Origin: a virus
Taxonomy: Duplodnaviria; Caudoviricetes
IMG/VR virus record: IMGVR_UViG_3300022181_000005
Location: 1-38,025 of that record
Strand: one strand, 5' to 3'
DNA: 38,025 bases
Position numbers and translations under genes: made by a program. The notes beneath the pieces were generated by a model. That model was not told the origin of the DNA. It did not search any database and saw only the letters and a list, made by a program, of their open reading frames with translations. Shown one piece after another: positions 1 through 7,301 of the stretch. Every line of letters starts with the position of its first letter. Within the stretch, counting starts at the first letter, position 1.

Positions 1-41
1 TGTAGCCGCGTGCGATAATTGAGTAGCAAATAACGTTATAA
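1..41 (+). repeat. Terminal imperfect inverted repeat (late-gene end)
   Basis: TGTAGccgcgTGCGATAAttgAGTagcaaatAAcGTTATAA aligns without gaps to the reverse complement of 37985-38025 (TGTAGgggggTGCGATAAccaAGTccgtgaaAAtGTTATAA). Confidence 0.9.
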
Positions 42-68
42 CTAACCTTTGAAAATTATTTGATACTG

Positions 69-860
69 TCAAATCGCGCTTGATTCTGATGGCAGTTCGT
101 AGTTTCGGATCAGGAGCTCTGTGACCCTCTGCTGCTTGTCCGCTCCCGAGATGGTATAGCTCGTCTTAACCTCCTCGATCAAGAATGTTTTGAAGACCTC
201 CCGAATCTCGGGAACGTCATTGATAGACAGAACAAACTGTCCACTGATCCCGGTGAGAACGTCCCGAAGTCGCCGATAGTCTTCCCTGTCGAATATCCCC
301 TTCCCATAATCCTCTTCACACCCGTAATAGGGCGGATCGATGTAGAAAAAGGTCTCAGGGCGATCGAAACGTTCAATGAGCCGTTGATAGGTCATGTTCT
401 CGATATAGACCCTGGATAGACGCAGGTGGGCTGCGGAGAGCTCCTCCTCGATTCTGAGGAGGTTGAGCGATGACGGCCTGGTGGGCCCGACGCTGAACGT
501 CTGTCCGACGAGCTTGGCTCCATACCCCGTCCTCATAAGATAGTAGAACCGCACCGCCCTCTGGATGTCCGTCAGGGTCTCCGGGTTTTCGGCCTTGAAC
601 CGGGCAAATTCCTCTCTGGCCACGAGGATCCATTTGAGATAACGGATGAACTCCTCGAGATGATGCTTGATGACCCGGTACAGTGTGACCAGGTCCTTGT
701 TGATGTCGTTTATGACCTCTACCTTCGACTCTTCCTTTTTGAAAAGGAGCCAGGCGGCCCCGGCGAATACCTCGCAGTAGCAGGTGTGTTCCGGGATCCT
801 GGGGATGATTCTCTTCGCGAGAAGCGACTTGCCGCCGTAATACGATAAGAAACTTTTCAT
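69..860 (-). CDS. DNA adenine methyltransferase (D12/Dam-like class) at the mom position
   Basis: YYGGKS, EVFAGAA (motif I), INDIN and YIDPPYY (motif IV). SD GGAGG lies upstream of the ATG. Confidence 0.93.
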   Translation of the reverse strand: MKSFLSYYGGKSLLAKRIIPRIPEHTCYCEVFAGAAWLLFKKEESKVEVINDINKDLVTLYRVIKHHLEEFIRYLKWILVAREEFARFKAENPETLTDIQRAVRFYYLMRTGYGAKLVGQTFSVGPTRPSSLNLLRIEEELSAAHLRLSRVYIENMTYQRLIERFDRPETFFYIDPPYYGCEEDYGKGIFDREDYRRLRDVLTGISGQFVLSINDVPEIREVFKTFLIEEVKTSYTISGADKQQRVTELLIRNYELPSESSAI

Positions 861-888
861 GGGTTAGCCCTCCTATATCAAATAGAGT

Positions 889-918
889 TTGATTTTACCG
901 GGGGTTCCCTGCTACATT
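889..918 (+). promoter_or_regulatory. Putative sigma70 promoter, antisense to the late operon
   Basis: TTGATT (889-894), N18, TACATT (913-918) with an extended TGn. Alternative -10 CATAAT at 942-947. Confidence 0.5.
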
Positions 919-958
919 CTTTGCTCTGGTTTACTCTCGAGCATAATTCAAGTCCTAT

Positions 959-1038
959 GGCGGATGGTAGCGGGTTATCCCGTCAAGCGCGCTAACGCTT
1001 GTCTGAGGGAGGGCTAACTCCCTTGGGTACTGTCCGCC
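959..1038 (+). ncRNA. Putative cloverleaf (4-way junction) antisense RNA to the methylase leader
   Basis: 11-bp closing stem 959-969/1028-1038 encloses three hairpins (971-982, 984-1001, 1003-1026). G-U pairs favour the + strand. Two loops carry GCUAA. Confidence 0.6.
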
Positions 1039-1044
1039 TCTCCT

Positions 1045-1392
1045 TTATGTCCCTTCCGGGTATGCCGGCATTCCGGGCAGCTCCGTCGCCGATGAGGTCC
1101 CGGAGACGATCGCCCTTAGTTCCGTCCGGTATGTCTGCCAGGTGCCGGGGACAGTCACGGCGTTTTCGTAGCACCGCAGGATAGTGATATCCGACCTGTC
1201 CAGCGCTTCCTGGGCCGAGACCTTCAAGGCCGCGGCCGTCCTTGAGGCGATGTATGACGTCTCATGGAGCGTCTCGATGTCGGGCAGTATGTCCCCGTCG
1301 ACCACGGTTTCTCCCGGAGCCGGGGTGTAGTCATCGGCCACGAACCTCAGGTCGTGAGCCTGACCGTCTGTTGTCATATATGCGTATTTCAT
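1045..1392 (-). CDS. Tail fibre assembly/chaperone-like protein
   Basis: ATG at 1392 with AGGAGG. Lies directly after the fibre gene. C-terminal 'ALDRSD...WQTYRTELRAI...LP..P.YP' pattern is typical of Tfa-like chaperones. Confidence 0.7.
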   Translation of the reverse strand: MKYAYMTTDGQAHDLRFVADDYTPAPGETVVDGDILPDIETLHETSYIASRTAAALKVSAQEALDRSDITILRCYENAVTVPGTWQTYRTELRAIVSGTSSATELPGMPAYPEGT

Positions 1393-1402
1393 GGGGTCCT
1401 CC

Positions 1403-2506
1403 TTAGTATTCCCATGCACCTGTGTATACGTTGCACTGCGAAGTCCCGTATCCCGTCGTGTGGATCTTGTAGTATATGGTTTGAGCGGTCTTGATAAGAC
1501 AATAGGCGTTCGTCTGAACCGCGGTGCCATCACTTGTGTCGTATCCGACGAGGACATCGGCACCCAGGCCACTTGCGTCCGACGCCACACTCACGCAGGC
1601 CATCCCGTTCGACGCATACGCCGCCATGTGCCCATGCCAGATACGAGCGGTCGTCGGGACATCAACAGAAATACCCGTATAGCTTGTCGTCGTGCCCAAC
1701 GACACCGCCGTATAGAATGCACCCCATGAAACGTGGTTCCCCTTCTGATACGCCCCCCTGAAATGCCCGTCCGCGCCGTTGTACCAGGCCCCGGTATATG
1801 CCTTATACGTGTACCCCGTGGGCAGGGTTGGCGCCGCGGCGCTCGTCGAGAAGATCACCGACTTCGTCCCCTCGGCCTTGGCGATCACCCAGAGGTGGTA
1901 CCATATCGAGGCGGCCTCCGAGCCCGTATCAAGACCCCCCGCTCCGCTCACCGTTAGGTCCGCAGTCATACTTAGATCGAGGACGCGCATCGGGTTGCCG
2001 GCGGTGTCCTGGAGGATGATCTCGTCGGCGGAGATGTCTATCTGGTAGTTGGGATTCGAGGTGTTGTTCTTGACGACGAGCCCCCGGGCCGCATCGCGAA
2101 GCGCCAGGGCCCTGGGCGCGACCATGAGCTGAAAGTTCGTCCCGTCATAGATGACCGTCACGATCTGCCCGGCGAGGATATCCCCGACGACAAGGTCCTC
2201 GCTGCTGTTCTTCTTGATGGTCTTCGTGCCCAGCCCGTTGATGTCGATCGTCGACGCTCCGGTGTTGGCATTTTCGGCCTTAAAGCATATCGGCATGCCC
2301 GTGATGTAGGCGGTAAGCGCCGGTGAGAGCGTCAAAACATAGGCGTTCGCCTCCCCGGTATCTGCGGCATAGGCGAGCGCCCCCTCGCCGTCGACGTCCC
2401 GGCCGGTGTGATGGTGATTGTTGACCTTGTTCAAGAAATCCGCTGTGACGATCGTTCCCGGAATGCCCTCCGAGGGGTTGCCGTCGACGTATGTGGTCTT
2501 GCTCAT
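1403..2506 (-). CDS. Tail fibre / receptor-binding protein
   Basis: N-terminal 'YVDGNP...PGTIVTADFLN' baseplate anchor, 'ANTGASTIDINGLG.K.I' fibre module. Follows the gp48-like gene. Confidence 0.85.
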   Translation of the reverse strand: MSKTTYVDGNPSEGIPGTIVTADFLNKVNNHHHTGRDVDGEGALAYAADTGEANAYVLTLSPALTAYITGMPICFKAENANTGASTIDINGLGTKTIKKNSSEDLVVGDILAGQIVTVIYDGTNFQLMVAPRALALRDAARGLVVKNNTSNPNYQIDISADEIILQDTAGNPMRVLDLSMTADLTVSGAGGLDTGSEAASIWYHLWVIAKAEGTKSVIFSTSAAAPTLPTGYTYKAYTGAWYNGADGHFRGAYQKGNHVSWGAFYTAVSLGTTTSYTGISVDVPTTARIWHGHMAAYASNGMACVSVASDASGLGADVLVGYDTSDGTAVQTNAYCLIKTAQTIYYKIHTTGYGTSQCNVYTGAWEY

Positions 2507-2517
2507 GGTATCCCTCC

Positions 2518-3066
2518 TTAACTGTAGTCAAATATGATGTAGGTGTGGGCAGGCTTCAGGTTGTTGAAGAGATCCTCGAGGGCCGTCACAGACGGCCACC
2601 ACAGGAGCCTCTCCCCGCCTGTCGACAACCCCGCCCGGAAGTAGTACAGCGCCTGGCCCGACACCTTGACCCTCCAGATGAACCGCACCTCCTCCTCGTA
2701 GAGGGGATCTCCGGTCCGGCCCCATCCGGCCATGAAGGGCTGCAGCTCCTCGATCGCGATCGTGTACCCCATGGCGGCCGCCAGGGCGATGAAGTACGCC
2801 CGGGAGAGCCCACCGCGCTCCCGGAGCTTGCGCACGACGTTGTCCCTCCGGGACTGCAGCGTCGCATCGGCTGCCGGCGTGAGGCCGCACACACGCTCCC
2901 AGTCGATGAGGCACTTGACGCTCCTCTCCGGGAACATCTCCCCGAGGAGTTCCCTCGCCTGCGCCTCGACATCATCGAGAACCCCACCCTCGAGGGCGAT
3001 GTCATCGTCCGATACCCCTGTAAGCTCAACGGGGAAGAGAAGCTTGATCACATCGCTATGAGACAT
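2518..3066 (-). CDS. Baseplate protein, Mu gp48/YmfQ (DUF2313)-like
   Basis: 'L.DWERVCGL...RR...GGLSRAYFI.LA...GY.I.I.E...LKPAHT' motifs; synteny. Confidence 0.9.
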   Translation of the reverse strand: MSHSDVIKLLFPVELTGVSDDDIALEGGVLDDVEAQARELLGEMFPERSVKCLIDWERVCGLTPAADATLQSRRDNVVRKLRERGGLSRAYFIALAAAMGYTIAIEELQPFMAGWGRTGDPLYEEEVRFIWRVKVSGQALYYFRAGLSTGGERLLWWPSVTALEDLFNNLKPAHTYIIFDYS

Positions 3067-4042
3067 CGATCGCCCCCGGGCGTATCATCTGATAATCGGT
3101 GCAGGAAACGTCCGCTGCCGGCGTCGTCACCGTGGCGTTGTCCGCGCCGCTCTGGATGGCGATCGCGGTGAGCTGCGAGGTGTAGAGCGTCTGGCCGGGG
3201 ATGAGGCCCTCCATGTACGCGTCGATGTCCGCCGCGATCTGCGTCTTATCCGCACCGTCACCCGTGACGGTCATCGTCACCGCCTGGCTTAAGATCTCGG
3301 GACCGAGGACCCGGACCACGGAGGCCGTGACCGGCCTCTGATCGTCGATGTAGTCCTTCACCTCGGTCACAAGCGAGGGGATCTCGTAGGCCTCACCTGC
3401 CTGGGTGAAGATATCCGTATCCAGGGTGAGCTGCGTCTCGCTGTCGACGGAGACGATCTTCGCCTCCGTGCCGGCGGAGGTGTTCGTCACCCGATCGCCC
3501 TTTTGTGCTTCCGAGGTGACGAAGGTGGCGGCCGTGTCGATGAGCTTAAGCTCTCCCGTCGACGTCACTGTCCCCGTCAGAGTCGTATGGGACGACGGCA
3601 CCTCGGAGTCCGTGTTCGCCTCGTTCGCCACAACGACGACATCCACCGTGCCGAGTCCCTGGGCAAGGGGATAGCAGTATGCGGCCGCGACGTTGTCGAT
3701 CGCCTTTGCCCACTTGACGTAGTCATATTGGTTACCTCCCGCCGGCGGCCGCCGGATGTACTCGAGGAGCCGGGCGAGGAGCGAGGAGTCCGTCTCGTTG
3801 TATGTCCGGGAGAGCCCCCGCACCCAGACGTGGTGCTCGAGGGCCTCCGTGTCCGCGGAGTCGGGGAAGATCTGCTTCGAGATCCACTCCTGGTAGTGGT
3901 AGAGACCCCAGACCGCCGAGGCGAGGCAGGCGCTCCGGATGAATATCAGGCTCCCCTGGGAGGTATCCGCCTCGGGGAACTGGTTGCGGTAGTCCGTCAG
4001 GATCTCATTGAGAAGCTCGTCAAAGTCCTTCTGAAAGTTCAT
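3056..4042 (-). CDS. Baseplate J/gp47 family wedge protein
   Basis: 'QIFPDSAD', 'RRPPAGGNQYDYVKWA', 'GLGTVDV', 'YID..RPVTA' motifs. Confidence 0.9.
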   Translation of the reverse strand: MNFQKDFDELLNEILTDYRNQFPEADTSQGSLIFIRSACLASAVWGLYHYQEWISKQIFPDSADTEALEHHVWVRGLSRTYNETDSSLLARLLEYIRRPPAGGNQYDYVKWAKAIDNVAAAYCYPLAQGLGTVDVVVVANEANTDSEVPSSHTTLTGTVTSTGELKLIDTAATFVTSEAQKGDRVTNTSAGTEAKIVSVDSETQLTLDTDIFTQAGEAYEIPSLVTEVKDYIDDQRPVTASVVRVLGPEILSQAVTMTVTGDGADKTQIAADIDAYMEGLIPGQTLYTSQLTAIAIQSGADNATVTTPAADVSCTDYQMIRPGAIDVS

Positions 4043-4410
4043 ACGACCTCCACGAATCTGTCAAAGCTCACCGTCCTGCCGTCCGCCTGGGTGACCTCGA
4101 CGAGGAGCTTCAGGCGGTGCAGGTCCTGGGAGCGGTCCCGCTCGGTACGGACGTCGATATGGGTTGCCCGGCCCGTATCGATGAGCCATTGAAGGGCCTC
4201 CCGGCAGTACTCCTCGGCGAGGGCGGCCGTCTTCTCAGTATTCTTGGCCCGCTGCAGAAGGTGCAGGCGGCTGCCGAAGTCCGGATTCTGGAACCAGGAG
4301 CCCCGCTTGACGACGAGGCTGAGATACACGTTGTTCATGATGTCGCCGGCAGCATCGAAGGTCATCTTGCCCACCGTGGCATCGTCATCTGTGAGAATTG
4401 TGAAGTCCAT
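4039..4410 (-). CDS. Baseplate protein, Mu gp46-like
   Basis: ATG at 4410 with GGGAGG. 'GSWF...FGSRLHLL.RAK...AEEY..EALQWLID.G.A' motif. Confidence 0.88.
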   Translation of the reverse strand: MDFTILTDDDATVGKMTFDAAGDIMNNVYLSLVVKRGSWFQNPDFGSRLHLLQRAKNTEKTAALAEEYCREALQWLIDTGRATHIDVRTERDRSQDLHRLKLLVEVTQADGRTVSFDRFVEVV

Positions 4411-4418
4411 GTCCCTCC

Positions 4419-4961
4419 CTAATGGGTGTGGTGGTTCGTGTTGCCCGAGGTGTCGATGATCGACCCCGTGGCGCTGAGGCTCCCCTCGAGCGCGAAATCC
4501 CCTTTCAACCTGGCTGCCGAGCTGCCGCTCGAGGACAGGATGTTGAGGGACTCGCACTCCAGGACGATCGCCTTCGACTTGAGATGGATGAGATCGGCCG
4601 CCGTCACCGTCGCCGTCTTCGCCGTCACGTTCACCTCGTTTGCGATCTCCGCGGTGAGCTTGTTCCCGCTCTTTATGTAGATCTCCTTGTCGCGCTTCAA
4701 GCGGATCTGATCCCCCTCGTCGGTGTAGAGACACACCTCGCCCGCCTCGAGGCCCACTCGGTACCTTCTGTCATCGGAGGCGATCATCACTATGTGGTTG
4801 CCCTCCTGGACAAGGATCGCCTCTGCGCCGGCAAGAGGTACAGAGCTGAACCCGTAGTGCTGGAAGTACTCCCGGTTCGTGATCGTCTCGTCGGGCCTGC
4901 CCGAGGCGCTGAACCGCTTTATCACCCCTTCAAAGACGGATTGAATGACGCCCCGTATCAC
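4419..4961 (-). CDS. Baseplate spike, Mu gp45-like
   Basis: 'EYFQHYGFSSVP', 'DDRRYR..L..GEV.LY' and a C-terminal HxH metal-binding tip (NHHTH). Confidence 0.9.
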   Translation of the reverse strand: MIRGVIQSVFEGVIKRFSASGRPDETITNREYFQHYGFSSVPLAGAEAILVQEGNHIVMIASDDRRYRVGLEAGEVCLYTDEGDQIRLKRDKEIYIKSGNKLTAEIANEVNVTAKTATVTAADLIHLKSKAIVLECESLNILSSSGSSAARLKGDFALEGSLSATGSIIDTSGNTNHHTH

Positions 4962-6016
4962 TTCGCCACCCCCGGTTTGCCGAGCCTGACGCTCGTATAA
5001 GAACCCTGACGCGACAGCTCCATGGTCCGGCCGTAGATGAGGTATGTCCCTTCTATGCCGAGGACCTCGTCCTTTACCGTGCAGAGCTCGTTGATCGTCC
5101 AGTTCCTGCCGCCCTGGCTATGGAAGGGGACCTTGTAGCGCAACTGGAACCCGTCATGCCGCGCCTTCTCAAGGAGCATCCGGGCATGGAGCGCCGGGCT
5201 CTGATAATCGTTGTTGTCCTTCACGACCATGGGCTTGTAGAAGGGGACCGAGCTGTCCGTGACGGACGCCTTCGTGTTGACCTCCGCCGCCTCGAAGGAG
5301 TCCGTCCCCTGCTGCTGGCCGACGACGGTTATCTTCGAGTACTGTTTGGAGATGTCCGTTATCATCTCCCCCTCGAGGACATTGTTCTCCTTCCCCTCCC
5401 GGGTGCAGACGACGCTGAAAAGGGGTTTGCCCTTCTGTCTTGGCCTGCCGAAGACGAAGGTGCCGTCGGGCAGGGAGAAGAACATCATGCCCCGGCTCGC
5501 GGAGTACTGCTTCAATACCTCGAAGACGGTCATGCCGGGTTCCACCTGCGAGAAATTGTGCGGCGCATCGAGAAGGTCAAGGGATGAGTCCCCCGAGGAT
5601 TTCCCCTTCTTCTTGAGGCGCCCGGCGAAGTCTTCCTGGTAGACGATCTTCTCTCTGTTGATGAAGGGGATCTTTGTGAGGAGGCGCCCGGCCAGGGATT
5701 TCACCGTCGTACCCTCAAGCGTGAAGAACTCCTCGCAGTAGGAGTCGACGAGAAGCCCCATGAGGTCCCGGCCCTCGACCCTGAGCTTCTCCCCGGACTT
5801 GTCATAGCTCCTGCTCACGCGGTCGACGATCCCGGTGAGCTCCAGGATCCCGTTGACGTAGAGTTCGCACCTCTTGCCCGCGCTGATCTCCGTCTCGGGG
5901 TGCGCGAGCTCCAGGGAGAAGGCGTCGTCGGCGGTGTAGATGTCCGCCTCTATCGTGTAGGAGAGCCAGTTCTTGACGACCGCGTTGCCGACGCGGAGCT
6001 CGACGTTATCGGACAT
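4958..6016 (-). CDS. Baseplate hub, Mu gpP/gp44-like
   Basis: 'W.SY.I..D....DAFSL', 'GRD..GLLVD', 'VEPGMTVFE' motifs; synteny. Confidence 0.88.
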   Translation of the reverse strand: MSDNVELRVGNAVVKNWLSYTIEADIYTADDAFSLELAHPETEISAGKRCELYVNGILELTGIVDRVSRSYDKSGEKLRVEGRDLMGLLVDSYCEEFFTLEGTTVKSLAGRLLTKIPFINREKIVYQEDFAGRLKKKGKSSGDSSLDLLDAPHNFSQVEPGMTVFEVLKQYSASRGMMFFSLPDGTFVFGRPRQKGKPLFSVVCTREGKENNVLEGEMITDISKQYSKITVVGQQQGTDSFEAAEVNTKASVTDSSVPFYKPMVVKDNNDYQSPALHARMLLEKARHDGFQLRYKVPFHSQGGRNWTINELCTVKDEVLGIEGTYLIYGRTMELSRQGSYTSVRLGKPGVAK

Positions 6017-7301
6017 AGATCTTCACCTCGCCGGCAGGGGTAAAGGAGGGGTTCTTGATCCTGTTGATGCTCTCGACCCGGTTCGCGTAGTTGTACGGCA
6101 GGCCGTACTTGAGGCAGATAAGGTGCAGGGGCAGCGTATCCTGCGTCTCCACCGTCATGATCTTGTCCCGCTCGAGCTTGATCTCGTTCACGTGGAAGAG
6201 GAGGTCCGCCGCGGTGGACTTGAGGCTCGTCATGTTCCGGGAGAGGTCGACGGCCTCCTTAATGTCCGTCCGGGTATCCGCGAGGATCTCCTCGATCTCG
6301 TCGACGGTGAGGATCTCCTCCGTCGATTCGGGTTTGATATAGTTGCCCAGGGCGTCGAAGGATGGGGCCTGCTCGAGGCGCTTCACCACCTCGCGGCTGT
6401 CCTCGTCCTCACGGAAGATGTAGGCCGTCTCCAGGGCCCGCCTCTGCGCGGAGGCGATCGTCACGTACTTTGCCATCCCTGAGTCCTCTGCGTCATCGGC
6501 AAGGGACGTGAAGCTTCCCGCCAGGCTCGAGAGGAATCGGGTCGGTGATGCGCGGAGCGTGTCATAGAGGGAGACATACCGCTCGAGCGTCCGGGCGATC
6601 GTGCCGATAACGATGCCGGGAAGGGTGCTCGGGTAGGTTATCATCGCGAGGAGCGAGTCCACGGGGTTCGTGATCGTGGAGAGCGTCCCCGTAAGGTCCG
6701 TCACGAGGCCCTCCGCCTTTTTCACGTACTCCCGCGCCTGGGCGGAGATGTTCGTGAACTGGTTGATGAGACCCTGTGCGGGGTCGAGGATTGTCGAGAG
6801 GATCTCCCGCGCCTCGGTCCCGAGGAGGTCCCGGGCGTCTGCCTCGAGCTCCTCGATGAGCTCCGTCTGTCCCGTGGCGAAGTCGTCCTCGGCTCCCCAG
6901 TCCACGGCGCCCTTGTTCACGTACTTCGGTTCGGCCTGGGTCTGGGTGATAAGGCCCTGGGTGAAGGTAATGTCCACCTCGGCGGTCTTCTTGAGGTCAC
7001 TGTGGCGGACAACGAAGGAATCGATGCTCCCCTTCATGAGGCCGTACTTGGGATGGAGGAGCTCGTAGGGGTCCTTCTTCTCGAGGTGTTTCACGAAGTC
7101 CTTGTGGACCTCGTAGGTCTCCTGGTACCAGTAGCAGCGCATCTTGATGACCCGCGCCTTCTGGCCCATGTCCTCTATAAGGGCGCCGTCGCGGAAGGGG
7201 AACTCGTATTTCGCGAGGGACTTCTCGATCGTGTCCTCGATCGTCTCCATCTCGAGGTTGAAGTCGTCTATCTTCGCCTCGTACCTTTCGCCATCGGCCA
7301 T
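6006..7301 (-). CDS. DNA circularisation protein, Mu gpN-like
   Basis: 'YEFPFRDG...EDMG', 'LLHPKYG' and C-terminal 'IN.I.NP.F...G' motifs. Follows the tape measure gene. Confidence 0.88.
   Translation of the reverse strand: MADGERYEAKIDDFNLEMETIEDTIEKSLAKYEFPFRDGALIEDMGQKARVIKMRCYWYQETYEVHKDFVKHLEKKDPYELLHPKYGLMKGSIDSFVVRHSDLKKTAEVDITFTQGLITQTQAEPKYVNKGAVDWGAEDDFATGQTELIEELEADARDLLGTEAREILSTILDPAQGLINQFTNISAQAREYVKKAEGLVTDLTGTLSTITNPVDSLLAMITYPSTLPGIVIGTIARTLERYVSLYDTLRASPTRFLSSLAGSFTSLADDAEDSGMAKYVTIASAQRRALETAYIFREDEDSREVVKRLEQAPSFDALGNYIKPESTEEILTVDEIEEILADTRTDIKEAVDLSRNMTSLKSTAADLLFHVNEIKLERDKIMTVETQDTLPLHLICLKYGLPYNYANRVESINRIKNPSFTPAGEVKIYVR

Noticed and set aside
959-1038. tRNA gene
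   Set aside because: Cloverleaf-like and tRNA-sized, but it lacks a TTC-containing T-loop, a 7-nt anticodon loop and CCA. Kept as a regulatory RNA candidate.
1045-2506. Invertible G-segment or diversity-generating retroelement at the tail fibre
   Set aside because: No invertase, no inverted fibre copy, no gix-like repeats, and no reverse transcriptase or template/variable repeat pair seen.
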